A stretch of DNA of 61,525 nucleotides from an uncultured Planctomycetales bacterium (GCA_964428315.1 CAYRXT010000014.1:1-61525); one strand, 5' to 3'. Positions 27,254 through 38,785 are shown, counted from the stretch's first letter. The notes: generated from the sequence alone by a model not told the origin. Made by a program: numbers and translations.

Positions 27254-27928
27254 TCAGAAGCTGAAAACCAGGTGCGTGCCCAGGATCTGGTTGGACGACC
27301 AATCGTCCGAACCCTTTTTCTGCTGGATCATGTAAAAAACGGCCAGGTCCGTCTTATCGTCCAAACGGAAACTTAAACCCGCCGGGACCGAACGGTTTTC
27401 ACTGAACTCGTGCTTCGCGTAATCATAAAAAAATTCGCTGTTCATATAAAAGGCCTTGAGCGAAGACGATTCCTTGATGGGAATGGTGAAGCCCACCCGG
27501 TGGCGTGATCGGGGATTATGGGACCCGTTGTCCTCGATCCAGCGGAATTCCATGCGGTTGCGCATCCCGAACTTTAACCAGTCGGTGATCTGAAAATGCG
27601 GATTGGCCTCGATTTCAACGCGGTGCTGGAATTTCCATTCGCTGCGGCTGGCGGCCGGGTTATTGGACTTGACCTGAATGTTGGTATAGCTCGTCTTGAG
27701 AGTCAAATTCTTCCAGAAATCATAGGTGACCTGCGGACTGAAGAGATAGAGTCCGAGATCTTCGGTGTCATTGAAAAAACGGGCATCCGCATAGATGCTG
27801 AAATCGATCTTTTCTGTATCCGCGATCTTGGCGGTGTACCAAGACCAGTACTGGAAATCGTCCTCGGCGAAGGCGATCCCGCAGAATAAAAAGAGGCTCA
27901 ACCAGGCTGTCAGCACGAGACGTTTCAT
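27254..27928 (-). CDS. DUF2490-like outer-membrane beta-barrel protein
   Basis: Signal peptide, DFQYW, RNRMEFR, EFFYD, ENR, terminal Phe. Confidence 0.7.
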   Translation of the reverse strand: MKRLVLTAWLSLFLFCGIAFAEDDFQYWSWYTAKIADTEKIDFSIYADARFFNDTEDLGLYLFSPQVTYDFWKNLTLKTSYTNIQVKSNNPAASRSEWKFQHRVEIEANPHFQITDWLKFGMRNRMEFRWIEDNGSHNPRSRHRVGFTIPIKESSSLKAFYMNSEFFYDYAKHEFSENRSVPAGLSFRLDDKTDLAVFYMIQQKKGSDDWSSNQILGTHLVFSF

Positions 27929-27972
27929 TTTACGGCTTCTCCTTTTGTTGTGGTTACGCTAACTTGTCAGTC

Positions 27973-29010
27973 CTAACAAATTCTCGGCAGCTGTTCGCCG
28001 CTCAGCATATCGAGTACGCGGGTGGCGCCGATCGCGCTCTTTAAGATCACCCTGCCGGGCTCATCGCGCGTGACCCGGCCGATAACGCGCGGATCGTTTC
28101 CTTGTCCAAAACGGCGCAGGAGCGAAAGAGCTCTTTCGGCCTGGTCCCCGGGGACGAAGGCAAGAAAGCGCCCCTCGCAGGCGACATAGAGCGGGTCGAA
28201 CCCCAGCATCTCGCAGGCCGCGTGGACATCGCCCCTGACCGGGACCTGCCGCTCGTCGACAAGGATACCCGCCCCGGCCGCTTCGGCGATCTCGTTCAGC
28301 GTGCTGGCCACACCGCCGCGCGTCGCGTCGCGCAGGCAACGGATCTCAATGTGTTTATGAAGGAGACATTCTACCATGCCCCACAGGGGCATACAATCAC
28401 TTTCGATCTCGCTCTCAAACTCAATGCCCTCCCGTTTGGCCATGACCGCCATGCCGTGCCGTCCGACATCGCCGTTGATAAGAACGGCGTCGCCTTCTTT
28501 GACGGAACGCGGCCCGATATCGCGGCCGGATTCCGCGACGCCAACGCCCGACGTATTAATGTAGATCCCGTCGCCCTTCCCCTTGTCCACGACCTTGGTG
28601 TCGCCGGTCACGATCCGGATGCCCGCGGACTGCGACGCCTCCTTCATCGAGAGGACGATCCGCCAGAGATCCTCCATCAACAGGCCCTCCTCGATGATGA
28701 AACCGGCCGTCAGATAAAGCGGACGGGCGCCCGCCATGCTCAGATCATTGACCGTCCCGTTAACCGCGAGCGACCCGATATCACCGCCCGGGAAAAAAAG
28801 CGGCTTGATGACATAGGAATCCGTGGTCAGGGCCAGCCTCCCGCCCGGCGGGGCAAAGACCGCGGCGTCGTGCCGCTGCTCCAACAGCGGATTCGCAAAG
28901 GCCGTCATGAACATCCTGTCGATCAGCTGGTGCATCAGACGGCCGCCTCCCCCGTGGGCCAGCATGACCCTGGGATATTCATGAATAGGAATTGGACAGG
29001 AAATATTCAC
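27973..29010 (-). CDS. hypE: Hydrogenase maturation protein HypE
   Basis: AHGGGG, TTDSYV, GDTKVV, DATRGG, terminal LPRIC. Confidence 0.96.
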   Translation of the reverse strand: MNISCPIPIHEYPRVMLAHGGGGRLMHQLIDRMFMTAFANPLLEQRHDAAVFAPPGGRLALTTDSYVIKPLFFPGGDIGSLAVNGTVNDLSMAGARPLYLTAGFIIEEGLLMEDLWRIVLSMKEASQSAGIRIVTGDTKVVDKGKGDGIYINTSGVGVAESGRDIGPRSVKEGDAVLINGDVGRHGMAVMAKREGIEFESEIESDCMPLWGMVECLLHKHIEIRCLRDATRGGVASTLNEIAEAAGAGILVDERQVPVRGDVHAACEMLGFDPLYVACEGRFLAFVPGDQAERALSLLRRFGQGNDPRVIGRVTRDEPGRVILKSAIGATRVLDMLSGEQLPRIC

Positions 29011-29023
29011 CCTTTTTCCTTTA

Positions 29024-29190
29024 GTGGAGTTTACCCATTTTTTGCGTTAGCCGACTCGGACGGGAAACCCCGCCCGGCGAGTTCCGCAGCCGCCCGTCGA
29101 CATCCCGGGAATAAAGAACAGACGGGCGCGCGAGGACTGTCCGAGCCGGGCGGGGTTTCCCGTCCGCGTCTATCTTCTTTGATTTCTCCA
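29024..29190. mobile_element. MITE-like intergenic element with perfect 22-bp inverted repeats
   Basis: cggacgggaaaccccgcccggc (29057-29078) pairs with 29145-29166; tggag...ctcca at the ends; related copy at 26323. Confidence 0.55.
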
Positions 29191-29250
29191 TATTATTTTG
29201 GCCTCCAACGGCTTATTGCCTTTACAGCCTGAACATTAGGCAAACTCTGG

Positions 29251-30354
29251 TTATCCTTTGCTCTTCGACTTCACGCCCCGGTAACGGTAATAGGCCGCGC
29301 ACGCCCCTTCCGAGGAGACCATGGTCGCGCCCAGCGGATGCTCCGGCGTGCACCGCGTCCCGAATGCCGGACACTCGTGAGGCTTCTTCACACCCTGCAG
29401 GATCAGACCGCTGATGCATTCCGTCGATTCCTCGGCATGATAGCCGCTTAAGGCGAAACGTCTTTCCGCGTCATGACCGGCGAACTCTTCGCGAAGCGCC
29501 AGCCCGCTGTCCGGGATCTCCCCCACGCCCCTCCATTTTCGCGGGACGACGGTAAAGACCTTCTGGATGATATCCTGCGCCGGGCGGTTGCCTTCCCGCC
29601 GCACGGCGCGGGCGTACTGGTTCTCGACTTCGTGGCGGCCCTCCTCGAGCTGTTTCACGCACATGGCAATACCCTGGAGGATGTCCAGCGGTTCAAAGCC
29701 CGTGACCACGATCGGCACCTGGTATCTTTCGGCGATCGGGGGGTATTCATGGTACCCCATCACCGCGCAGACATGGCCCGCGGCGAGAAAACCTTCGACG
29801 CGGTTGTTCGGTGAAGACAGGATGGCCTCCATGGCCGGGGGGACCAGGACGTGGGATACCAGGACGAAAAAGTTCTTGATCCCCTGTCGCTTGGCCTGAT
29901 AGACGGCCATGGCGTTGGCGGGAGCGGTGGTCTCGAAACCGACCGCGAAAAAGACAACGTCTTTCCCGGGATTGTCTCCGGCGACCTTCAGGGCATCCAG
30001 CGGCGAATAGACGACGCGGACATCACCTCCCTCGGCCTTGACGGAAAAGAGATCCTTCCCGGAACCGGGGACCCTCAGCATATCGCCGAACGAACAGAAG
30101 ATCACCTCCGGGCGGGACGCGATGGCGACGGCCTCGTCGATCAACTCCAGGGAGGTGACGCATACCGGACACCCCGGACCGTGCACGAGCTCGATCATGT
30201 CGGGCAGGAACTCGTCGATCCCGAACTTGACGATGGAATGCGTCTGCCCGCCGCAGACCTCCATGATCACGTGCGGCCGGGTGACGGCCCGCCGTATCTC
30301 CCCGGCGAACTGCCGGGCCAGTTTCGGATCACGGTATTCATCGATGAATTTCAT
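29251..30354 (-). CDS. hypD: Hydrogenase maturation protein HypD
   Basis: [37 protein letters not shown]. Confidence 0.97.
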   Translation of the reverse strand: MKFIDEYRDPKLARQFAGEIRRAVTRPHVIMEVCGGQTHSIVKFGIDEFLPDMIELVHGPGCPVCVTSLELIDEAVAIASRPEVIFCSFGDMLRVPGSGKDLFSVKAEGGDVRVVYSPLDALKVAGDNPGKDVVFFAVGFETTAPANAMAVYQAKRQGIKNFFVLVSHVLVPPAMEAILSSPNNRVEGFLAAGHVCAVMGYHEYPPIAERYQVPIVVTGFEPLDILQGIAMCVKQLEEGRHEVENQYARAVRREGNRPAQDIIQKVFTVVPRKWRGVGEIPDSGLALREEFAGHDAERRFALSGYHAEESTECISGLILQGVKKPHECPAFGTRCTPEHPLGATMVSSEGACAAYYRYRGVKSKSKG

Positions 30355-30404
30355 TTCGGTTTGCCGTTTGCCAGTTGGCCAGTTGCATTCTTGTCTAGGA
30401 AACG

Positions 30405-30484
30405 CCTGACTCTGGGAAACTTGTTATCCGGGACACTTGTCTCCGGGACGCCTGTCTCTTGGGCACTTCTCTCCGGGACGCCTG
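30405..30484. repeat. Degenerate 15-bp tandem repeat (about 5 units, consensus cttgtctccgggacg)
   Basis: ttgttatccgggaca / cttgtctccgggacg / cctgtctcttgggca / cttctctccgggacg in the hypC-hypD gap. Confidence 0.75.
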
Positions 30485-30507
30485 CGGCTGCTTGCTAAGC
30501 CAGCCGG

Positions 30508-30783
30508 TTATCGTTTGTCATCCCTCGTCCCGTCATCCCCTTCATGCAATTCCTCCAGCTCCCCCATCTCTTTCAAATACTCAAATACCTTGGCGGCCTC
30601 GTCGGGGTCGACCCTGCTCAAGGCGAAACCGACATGCACGATCACATAATCGCCCACTTTCGCCTCGGGCACGTAGGCAAGCGACACCTCCTTGACGATC
30701 CCGCCGAAATTCACCTTGCCCAGGCGGCTCAACTCTTCTTCACCGGTGATGGAGGCAATCTTTCCTGGTATAGCCAGACACAT
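30508..30783 (-). CDS. hypC: Hydrogenase chaperone HypC
   Basis: MCLAIPG, GDYVIVHVGFA. Confidence 0.97.
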   Translation of the reverse strand: MCLAIPGKIASITGEEELSRLGKVNFGGIVKEVSLAYVPEAKVGDYVIVHVGFALSRVDPDEAAKVFEYLKEMGELEELHEGDDGTRDDKR

Positions 30784-30785
30784 AT

Positions 30786-33089
30786 CTATCTTTTCCCGAT
30801 CTCTCTAGACGCGGCAGCGGCCTGTCCCAGCGCGATGCCCCCGTCATTGGGAGGTATCCGCTGAGGCCAGTACGGCTGGAAGCCTTCCCTCTCTAACGCC
30901 CTGATTACTGTTTCACTTAGGGTCCTGTTCTGGAAGCACCCGCCCGTCAGGACAACCTTCTTGCGTCCCGCGATCCGGGCGACAGAAAGTATTGCTGCGG
31001 CCAGGGTATTATGGAACTTTTTGGATATGATTTCAAGGGCTTTTCCCGTCCTGAGCTCTTTAATCATGTTTAGAATCATCGGCTGCCAGTCGACGACGAC
31101 AGGCCTGCTTTTTCCGCTGGCCTCCCGGCCTTCATCAAGGAGGCCGAAAGGATAGGCCTCATCTCCCGGCTGGTCGAGCGCGAGGTATTCCAGGGCCGCC
31201 GCCGCCTGAGCCTCAAACGAGGCCGTTTGGCAAAGCCCGGTCAGCGAGGCCGCCGCATCAAACAGCCGGCCGGCGCTGGAGGTCCTCGGGCAGTTGAGGC
31301 CGTTCTTCAGCATCCGTTTGAAAACCGAGACGTCTTTACTCTTTAGCGCCTTGAGGCACGGGAGGTCACTGTAATCGTCCATGCGCTCGCCGAACATCTC
31401 GAAAAGCACCCCCAAGGCGGAGCGCCGGGGTTCGCGGACCGCGGCATCTCCCCCGGGCAGAGAGAATGTCCGCAGATGAGCGAAACGTTCATAACCGTCA
31501 AAGTCCGCCAGGAGAAACTCCCCGCCCCAAACCGTCCCGTCGTCCCCGTAACCGGTGCCGTCCCAGGCCACGCCGAGGACTCTGTCCGAAATCCGGTTCT
31601 CGGCCAGACAGGCCAGGACATGGGCGTAGTGATGCTGAACCTTGAACACCCTGCCCTTTCTCCCCTGACTTTCGGCAAACCGGCTGGACAAATAATCCGG
31701 ATGCTTGTCGCAGATGATCCTTCCGGGTTCACAGCGGAATAACGTCTTCAGGCTTTGGACCGTGGCCTCGAAGACCTTTAAGGTTTCCTGGTTCTCCAGA
31801 TCGCCGATGTGCTGGCTGACTATAATCCTCCGGCCGGAGCCTACCGCTACGGTATTCTTAAGATGCGCCCCGACGGCCAGGGTTTCATCCATCTCCCGGT
31901 CAACCAGTACCGGCAGAGGCGCGTAGCCGCGGGCGCGCCTCATCACCGTCAAGCGTCCGTTCATTACGCGGACGATCGAATCATCCGCGTGGCGCACAAT
32001 GGGCCGGTCGTGAACAAGAAAGGCGTCGGCGACGTCCTTCAAACGGATGAAGGCCTCGTCTTCATCGGTGCACATCGGTTCCTCGGAAAGGTTGCCGCTT
32101 GTCGCAACGACCGGACGCAACAGATCCCTGAGAAGCAGGTGATGAAGCGGCGTGTAAGGGAGCATGATCCCCCAGTACGGATTGGCCGGCGCCACGGCAT
32201 CGCAGACTTCCGGTGCAGGGTCTTTTGTCTTTCTCACAAGGACGATCGGTGAGGCCGGCGATAACAGTGTCCCGGCGTCCAAAGGCGTCAGTCCCGCCGC
32301 CGCGCCGGCAGATTCCAGGTCGGGAAACATTAAAGCAAACGGCTTCTCGTCCCGCCGCTTCCTGTGCCTCAAACGCTCAACGGCCCTCCTGTTTGCCGCA
32401 TCCACGACGAGATGAAAACCGCCCAGTCCTTTCACGGCCACGATCCGGCCACCTCTGATCAAGTCCACGGCCCCGCTTAAGGCCGCCTCCCTCTCCCCGA
32501 GCAGGCCTCCGCCTCCATCCCGCAGGACCAGACGCGGACCGCAGACGGGACAGGCGTTCGGCTGCGCGTGATAGCGTCGGTCGTCGGGGTCCTCGAACTC
32601 CCGCCGGCACTCGGGGCACATCGTGAATGTCTTCATGGACGTGTTCCGCCGGTCATACGGCAGGGACTCCATGATGGTGTAACGCGGACCGCAGTGCGTG
32701 CAGTTCGTAAACGGATACCGGAAACGCCGGTTGTCCGGATCGAAGATTTCTTCCAGGCATGAAGCACACGTGGCGATGTCGGGCAGAACGACGGCGGAGT
32801 GTTCTCCCGTCCGCCGGCTTTCTCTGATATGAAATCCGCTATAAGGTGCGGGATCCAGAAAATGGTGTTCCAGGGAATAGAAAAAGGCGTGCGGGGGTTT
32901 TTCTTTGTCCAGCCGGAGAAGGAAGGCTTCAAGGTCCTCAGGCGCGCCCTCGACTTCAACGGTCACCCCCTGAGGGGAATTCATGACCCATCCTTTCAGA
33001 TCCATCGAACGCGCCAGCCGGTGGACAAACGGACGGAAGCCCACGCCCTGGACGGCCCCCTGGATGGAGACATGCATCCGCCGGACCAT
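30786..33089 (-). CDS. hypF: Carbamoyltransferase HypF
   Basis: VQGVGFRP, NCTHCGPR, KGLGGFHL, QHHYAH, PPNDGGIALGQ; start at ATG 33089. Confidence 0.96.
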   Translation of the reverse strand: MVRRMHVSIQGAVQGVGFRPFVHRLARSMDLKGWVMNSPQGVTVEVEGAPEDLEAFLLRLDKEKPPHAFFYSLEHHFLDPAPYSGFHIRESRRTGEHSAVVLPDIATCASCLEEIFDPDNRRFRYPFTNCTHCGPRYTIMESLPYDRRNTSMKTFTMCPECRREFEDPDDRRYHAQPNACPVCGPRLVLRDGGGGLLGEREAALSGAVDLIRGGRIVAVKGLGGFHLVVDAANRRAVERLRHRKRRDEKPFALMFPDLESAGAAAGLTPLDAGTLLSPASPIVLVRKTKDPAPEVCDAVAPANPYWGIMLPYTPLHHLLLRDLLRPVVATSGNLSEEPMCTDEDEAFIRLKDVADAFLVHDRPIVRHADDSIVRVMNGRLTVMRRARGYAPLPVLVDREMDETLAVGAHLKNTVAVGSGRRIIVSQHIGDLENQETLKVFEATVQSLKTLFRCEPGRIICDKHPDYLSSRFAESQGRKGRVFKVQHHYAHVLACLAENRISDRVLGVAWDGTGYGDDGTVWGGEFLLADFDGYERFAHLRTFSLPGGDAAVREPRRSALGVLFEMFGERMDDYSDLPCLKALKSKDVSVFKRMLKNGLNCPRTSSAGRLFDAAASLTGLCQTASFEAQAAAALEYLALDQPGDEAYPFGLLDEGREASGKSRPVVVDWQPMILNMIKELRTGKALEIISKKFHNTLAAAILSVARIAGRKKVVLTGGCFQNRTLSETVIRALEREGFQPYWPQRIPPNDGGIALGQAAAASREIGKR

Positions 33090-33433
33090 CAATCCACCTC
33101 GATGGACCGGATCAGGATCTCCTTCCCGCTGACAGCCTCGACGTCCTGCGACCCGCACTCCGGACAGATAAGCAGATGGTGGTCCTCGACAGCCCCGGTC
33201 TCACCGCAGACACGGCACTTAACGCGGACGGGCTCTTCTTCCAGAACCAGGGCCGCGCCCTCCAGGGGGGAACCTTTCGTCAAAAGATCGTAGTGCATCC
33301 GGACGGACTCCTTCTCCAGGTGGTAAATCTCTCCGACGACCACTTCCACCTTTTTCGGTGTTTTACCCGGATATTTTTTGAGTTCGTTGAGGATCGTCTC
33401 GACGATCTGCTCGGTGAACTGCCCCTCATGCAT
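33089..33433 (-). CDS. hypA: Nickel metallochaperone HypA
   Basis: MHE N-terminus, CRVC...CPEC. Confidence 0.95.
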   Translation of the reverse strand: MHEGQFTEQIVETILNELKKYPGKTPKKVEVVVGEIYHLEKESVRMHYDLLTKGSPLEGAALVLEEEPVRVKCRVCGETGAVEDHHLLICPECGSQDVEAVSGKEILIRSIEVD

Positions 33434-33869
33434 GACCCGCTTCTCCTTCTATCATCGCCTTCACCAAGAGGAAGGCCTCTTCGGCGCGTTCGTACGCGAT
33501 GGGACTCATGGTGTCGCCGATGTCAAAATTCTCGCCGAGGATGGAACAGACATAAAGCTCCAGATCCTTATGATACAGTGTCCTGGCCAATCCTGCAAAG
33601 GTCTCGGGCGAAAGATAATGGGAAGAAGCGGAAACGGATCGGGCCAGGGAAGAAACCTTTTTAACCGATACCTCGATCCCTTCCTGCGCCGCGTCGATCA
33701 AAAATATCTTCCGGCAATGGATGGCCTCTTCGACGAGTTCCGGCTGCAGCTGCTGGACAATCAGGACGCGCACATGGGGGATATTGAGACCGGCCAGTAA
33801 ACCGGCGACGTAAGGCCCGACCCCGTCGTCACAGCGGGTCGGGTTGCCGTAGCCGATCACCAGGATCAT
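33426..33869 (-). CDS. hoxW: Hydrogenase maturation protease (HoxW-like)
   Basis: IGYGNPTRCDDGVG, QLQPEL, SSHY; directly after hoxH. Confidence 0.85.
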   Translation of the reverse strand: MILVIGYGNPTRCDDGVGPYVAGLLAGLNIPHVRVLIVQQLQPELVEEAIHCRKIFLIDAAQEGIEVSVKKVSSLARSVSASSHYLSPETFAGLARTLYHKDLELYVCSILGENFDIGDTMSPIAYERAEEAFLLVKAMIEGEAGHA

Positions 33870-35308
33870 CAGACGTCCCGTTTTACTGTATTCAGGAGTT
33901 GTCCGTCATGGCGGCGGATCTCGATCAGGAGGGGCATCGACCCGATCGCGTGGGTTGAACAGGACAGGCAGGGATCGTAGCAGCGGATGGCCGCCTCGAC
34001 GCGGTTCAGGGCGCCCTCCCGCACACGGCTTCCCTTGACATACTGCCTGGCGACCTCCAGAATAGAACGGTTCATGGCCGGGTTGTTCTGTCCCGTTGCG
34101 ATAACAAGGTTGACAGAGGTTAGCAGGCCGTCCTCGTCGGTGGTGTAATGATGAAACAGCGTCCCGCGCGGCGCCTCGCTGCAGCCGATACCTTCGGCCT
34201 GGTTTCGCTTGGCGTAGGCATGGACATTCTCATCCAGGATACGGGTATCGTCCAGAAGCACAGCCAACTCTTCAATGGCGCCCAGGATCTCAATGAGGCG
34301 TGCATAATGGAAATAAAACGTTCCGTGGACCGGCCCCCCCTTCCCCATGTCCCGGAAATCCTCAAACTCCTTCTGGGCCTTGGGGGTCTTCATCTTTGAG
34401 GCCACATTCAGCCGCGCCAGCGGACCCACCCGGTAAAAGCCCTGCGGATAACCTGCCGGTTTATAATAGGGATATTTAAGGTACGACCAGGGGATCGGCC
34501 TCTCGGCGATATAATCAAGATAATCCGCCGGGTCAAGCTGGTCCGCCAGGACACCCCCGTCGACGCCGATAAAACGCAGCTTCCCCTCATAAAGTTCATG
34601 CGTCCCGTCCGGACCCACGGTCCCCAGATAAAGCGTCTCAAAATTGGCGAAGGACTCCGTCTCCTCTTTATGGGTATCATGATACGTCTTGATAAGGTCC
34701 AGCCCCGCGCGCACGGTCTCTTCGACTTCCGGCAGCCAGCCCCTGATGGCCTTATGGTGTTCTGCCTTTAAAGGATAGGACACCCCTCCGGGGACGATCC
34801 CCATGGCATGGATCTTTTTGCCGGTAATCCGTTCGCTGATCTCCTGGCCGAATTTTCTGAGCCTGATCCCCCGCCTGGCCAGCTCCGGATCCTTCTGGGC
34901 GACGCCGACGATATTGCGCAGAGCCGGGTCGGCGTCCCATCCGAGGAGGAAGTCCGGTGAGGAAAGATGAAAGAAGCTCAAGGCGTGGGACGATATGACC
35001 TGTCCCAGATGGATCATGCGCCTTAAAAGGTTCCCCGTATAGGCGGGCCTGACCTGCATGATCATCTCGCAGGCCTTGGCCGAGGCCACCGAATGGCTCA
35101 CCGGACAGATGCCGCAGATGCGCGGGGTAATGGCGGGCATCTCGGTGAACGGACGCCCTTCGCAGAATTTCTCGAAACCCCTGAACTCATTCACATGGAA
35201 GAGCGCGTTCTCCACTTCGTCTTTATCGTCAAGCTGAATGGTGATCTTCGCGTGTCCTTCGATGCGCGTGACGGGACTGATCACTATCTTCTTCTTTTCT
35301 TCAGCCAT
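33869..35308 (-). CDS. hoxH: Group 3d bidirectional [NiFe]-hydrogenase large subunit
   Basis: [15 protein letters not shown] (L1), DPCLSCSTH (L2) plus cleavable tail. Confidence 0.95.
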   Translation of the reverse strand: MAEEKKKIVISPVTRIEGHAKITIQLDDKDEVENALFHVNEFRGFEKFCEGRPFTEMPAITPRICGICPVSHSVASAKACEMIMQVRPAYTGNLLRRMIHLGQVISSHALSFFHLSSPDFLLGWDADPALRNIVGVAQKDPELARRGIRLRKFGQEISERITGKKIHAMGIVPGGVSYPLKAEHHKAIRGWLPEVEETVRAGLDLIKTYHDTHKEETESFANFETLYLGTVGPDGTHELYEGKLRFIGVDGGVLADQLDPADYLDYIAERPIPWSYLKYPYYKPAGYPQGFYRVGPLARLNVASKMKTPKAQKEFEDFRDMGKGGPVHGTFYFHYARLIEILGAIEELAVLLDDTRILDENVHAYAKRNQAEGIGCSEAPRGTLFHHYTTDEDGLLTSVNLVIATGQNNPAMNRSILEVARQYVKGSRVREGALNRVEAAIRCYDPCLSCSTHAIGSMPLLIEIRRHDGQLLNTVKRDV

Positions 35309-35837
35309 ACTTAATCCTTCCCTCTTCCAGGTTCGGCGCGCGGTCGTTCAGCAGTTCGTTCAACACGTAAAATATCAGATCCGCCGACGGCGGACACCCC
35401 GGGATGAAATGATCCACATGGACAACCTCATGCAGCGGCCGGACGCGGTCGATCAGCTTTTGCAGCTGGGGCGAGTCCGGGATAAGCCCCTCTTCGTTGC
35501 TCACGGCCTTTTGATAGGAATGTTCCAGGACCGTCTGTGTCGGGATAAAATTGCGCAGGGCCGAGACGTTCCCGGTCACCGCGCAGTCCCCGAAAGAGAC
35601 CAGGACTTTCGACATCCGGCGTATGTGCCGGATCTCGCGGAGGTGCTCGTCACTGGCCACCGCCCCCTCGACAAGCGTGATATCCACCTCGGGAAGCTCC
35701 TTGCCGTCAACAACAGGGCTCTTGAGGATATCGGCCAGTTTCGCCACCTCAAGGATCCGTTCGTCGATATCCAGGAGTGACATGTGGCATCCCGAACACC
35801 CGGCGAGCCAGACAGTCGCGAGCTTCTTTTTGCTCAT
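35301..35837 (-). CDS. hoxY: Group 3d hydrogenase small subunit
   Basis: WLAGCSGCHMS, GDCAVTGNV, PGCPP. Confidence 0.95.
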   Translation of the reverse strand: MSKKKLATVWLAGCSGCHMSLLDIDERILEVAKLADILKSPVVDGKELPEVDITLVEGAVASDEHLREIRHIRRMSKVLVSFGDCAVTGNVSALRNFIPTQTVLEHSYQKAVSNEEGLIPDSPQLQKLIDRVRPLHEVVHVDHFIPGCPPSADLIFYVLNELLNDRAPNLEEGRIKYG

Positions 35838-36544
35838 AGCGCCATCCTTCTTTTCTCGACCAGCTCCGTTATCGAAGCCGGGTCCTTCTCAAGTTCTCCC
35901 TGCACCGCGTCTTTTGTCCACAGCGCGCCGGTGGGGCACACCTGGACACACTTGCTGCACGACGTGCAGGTCAAAGAGTCCCCCCAGGGCAGGTTAAAAT
36001 CGGCGATGATCCTGGCCTTGTAGCCCCGGTCCATAACATCCCAGGTGTGGGCGCCCTCGACTTCGGAACAAACCCTCACGCAGCGCGTGCACATGATGCA
36101 GCGGTTATGGTCCATCACGAATTTATCGTGGGAGGCGTCGACGCGGCAGTCGGGAAAAAGATAGGGTAAGCGCACGTGTGTCATGCCGACGTTGCGCGCC
36201 ATGTCCTGCAGTTCACAGTTGTTGTTGGCGACACAAACGGAGCAGATATGGTTGCGTTCGGAAAAGAACAGTTCCACGGTCATCCGCCGGTATTTTTTCA
36301 GCTTTTCCGTCCGGGTCCTTATGACCTGATTGGCCGCCACGCGGGTAGTGCACGCCGGCAGAAGCTTTCGGGCGCCTTCAATCTCCACCAGGCAAAGACG
36401 GCAGGCGCCCACATCGCCCAGGCCGTCGAAATGGCACAAGACCGGGAGGTCGATGCCGTTATCGCGGCACGCCTCCAGAATCGTCTTGTTGGATTCAACT
36501 TCGCAGGTCTTATCGTCTATGGTTACGGTTATTTTGGAAATCAT
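35834..36544 (-). CDS. hoxU: Diaphorase Fe-S subunit
   Basis: GACRLC, ERNHICSVCVANNNCELQ, CIMCTRCVRVC, CTSCSKCVQVCP. Confidence 0.95.
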   Translation of the reverse strand: MISKITVTIDDKTCEVESNKTILEACRDNGIDLPVLCHFDGLGDVGACRLCLVEIEGARKLLPACTTRVAANQVIRTRTEKLKKYRRMTVELFFSERNHICSVCVANNNCELQDMARNVGMTHVRLPYLFPDCRVDASHDKFVMDHNRCIMCTRCVRVCSEVEGAHTWDVMDRGYKARIIADFNLPWGDSLTCTSCSKCVQVCPTGALWTKDAVQGELEKDPASITELVEKRRMAL

Positions 36545-36577
36545 CCCCGGCCTCCCGGCGAATGGCGGACAGTTCTC

Positions 36578-38233
36578 TTAATAATTCCACGCCTCGTTTT
36601 CTTTGACAATATGCCTGATATATTCGTCACGGAAATACCTCAGGGTGCTGAGCAGAGGGTTCGGCGCCGACATCCCCAGGCCGCACAGGCTGGCCTCCTG
36701 GACATACTGGGCCAGCTCTTCCAGAAGATCGATGTCATGGATCACGGCCTTGCCCGAACGGATCTTGGTTAACAGGTCATACATCTGTTTCGTCCCGACC
36801 CGGCAGGGCACGCACTTGCCGCACGACTCATCCACGCAGAACTCCATAAAGAAACGCGCGACGTCCACCATGTCGGCCGTCTCGTCCATGACGATCAGTC
36901 CGCCCGAACCCATGATGGAGCCCAATGCGGTGAGCGACTCATAATCCACCGGCGTATCCAGATGCTCTTTGGGGATACAGCCGCCCGACGGGCCTCCGGT
37001 CTGCGCGGCCTTGAATTCCTTCCCGTCGGGAACGCCCCCGCCGATGTCAAAAACGATCTCCCTGAGGGACATCCCCATCGGGACCTCGATCAGTCCCGAA
37101 TACTGGATCTTGCCGGCCAGGGCGAAGACCTTGGTCCCCGCGCTTTTGGCCGTGCCGATCTGGCTGTACCATTCGCCTCCCCGACGGATAATAGGGGCGA
37201 TGTTCGCCAGCGTCTCCACGTTATTAATCAGGGTCGGCTTGCCCCACAGTCCGTATTCCGCCGGATAGGGCGGACGCGGACGCGGGGTCCCGCGCCTGCC
37301 TTCGATAGAGGCAATCAAAGCTGTCTCCTCTCCGCAGACGAAGGCCCCGGCCCCGATACGGATCTCGATCTCAAAGCTGAATTCCGATCCCAAAATATTC
37401 TTCCCCAGGAGTTTCATCCGGCGGGCCTGCTTGATGGCCTGGTCAAACCTCTTGATGGCGATAGGATACTCTCCGCGGATGTAGGCGTAGCCTTTTTGGG
37501 CGCCGATGGCGTAACCGGCGATAATCATCCCTTCGATGACCCGATGCGGGTCTCCCTCGAGGATGCTCCGGTCCATAAACGCGCCCGGATCGCCCTCATC
37601 CGCGTTACAGACCACGTATTTTTCGTCGGAGACATAGCGGTAAACCGTCTCCCACTTGAGCCCGGCGGGATAACCGGCGCCTCCCCGCCCGCGCAGGCGG
37701 CTCTGCTTGATCTCCGATATGACATCCTCCGGGGACATGTGCAGGAGGACCTTGTTCAGCGAGAGATAACCGTCGACGGCGATATAATCCTCGATTTCTT
37801 CGGGATTGATATTGCCGCAGTTCTGAAGGACGATCTTGCGCTGTTTCCTGTAAAAGGGATCCTGCTGGGAATTCACAAAGGGCTCTTCGCGTGAATCGGC
37901 AAACAAGAGCCAATCCCGGAGGGTCTCTCCCTTCTGAAGATGCGCCTCCACCACACGTTTGATCTGGGCCGGCTGAAGCTTCTGGTACATGGTCTCTTCG
38001 GGGTGAATCTTAACCAGAGGCCCCTGGTTGCACGGCCCCATGCAGCCCGAAGGAACAACCTGGATCTCCTGTTCCAGGCCTTTATCCTTCACGTTCTGCC
38101 TGAGCTCTTTGAGCACTGCCTCGCTTCCCGAAGAGAGACATCCCGCCCCGCAGCAAACGCAGATCTTATGCTTGTATCCCTGTTCCTTTTCCTTGACCTT
38201 CTGGGAAATGGTTTTAAGTTCGCTAAGGTTCAT
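36578..38233 (-). CDS. hoxF: Diaphorase flavoprotein subunit (NuoF-like)
   Basis: [40 protein letters not shown]. Confidence 0.95.
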   Translation of the reverse strand: MNLSELKTISQKVKEKEQGYKHKICVCCGAGCLSSGSEAVLKELRQNVKDKGLEQEIQVVPSGCMGPCNQGPLVKIHPEETMYQKLQPAQIKRVVEAHLQKGETLRDWLLFADSREEPFVNSQQDPFYRKQRKIVLQNCGNINPEEIEDYIAVDGYLSLNKVLLHMSPEDVISEIKQSRLRGRGGAGYPAGLKWETVYRYVSDEKYVVCNADEGDPGAFMDRSILEGDPHRVIEGMIIAGYAIGAQKGYAYIRGEYPIAIKRFDQAIKQARRMKLLGKNILGSEFSFEIEIRIGAGAFVCGEETALIASIEGRRGTPRPRPPYPAEYGLWGKPTLINNVETLANIAPIIRRGGEWYSQIGTAKSAGTKVFALAGKIQYSGLIEVPMGMSLREIVFDIGGGVPDGKEFKAAQTGGPSGGCIPKEHLDTPVDYESLTALGSIMGSGGLIVMDETADMVDVARFFMEFCVDESCGKCVPCRVGTKQMYDLLTKIRSGKAVIHDIDLLEELAQYVQEASLCGLGMSAPNPLLSTLRYFRDEYIRHIVKENEAWNY

Positions 38234-38742
38234 GTCTTCTCTTTGATCCTATTTTCAATCAGTTTCCGAATCTCTTCAGCCTTGACCTTGGCCACCACTT
38301 CATCGTCGATCACCACCGCCGGCGCAAGGCCGCAGGCGCCGAGACAGCGGGCGACCTGAACCCCGAGACGGTTGTCTTTGGTGGCCTCACCGGGTTTCAG
38401 GTGGTAGGCCTTTTCCAGTTCGTTCAGAATATCTTGAGCGCCCTTCACATAACAGGCCGTACCGGTGCAGACCAGACAGGTGTGATCGCCTTTGGGTTTC
38501 AGAGAGAAGAAATGGTAAAAGGTGACCACGCCGAACACACGGCTGGGCGGAAGTCGCAGCTGCTGCGCGATGTACCGGATAATGTGGCCCGGGAGATGCC
38601 CATAGAGGTTCTGCGCCGTATGCAGCACCTGGATAAGGGCGTCCGGACTGCCTTTGGATTTTTTGACCGCCGCCAGAAGGAATTTCGAACGCGGATCGTC
38701 CTTGGGCAATTCCACGGGGTTCTTATTTTTCTCTCTCGCCAT
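38230..38742 (-). CDS. hoxE: [2Fe-2S] subunit (NuoE-like)
   Basis: [20 protein letters not shown]. Confidence 0.94.
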   Translation of the reverse strand: MAREKNKNPVELPKDDPRSKFLLAAVKKSKGSPDALIQVLHTAQNLYGHLPGHIIRYIAQQLRLPPSRVFGVVTFYHFFSLKPKGDHTCLVCTGTACYVKGAQDILNELEKAYHLKPGEATKDNRLGVQVARCLGACGLAPAVVIDDEVVAKVKAEEIRKLIENRIKEKT

Positions 38743-38785
38743 ACACTATTCCTTAAGAGTGTAATTGCATCTACGGGAAAAACGA

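Noticed and set aside
30405-30484. Possible CRISPR array
   Set aside because: Units are 15 bp, contiguous and spacer-less; no cas genes in the window.
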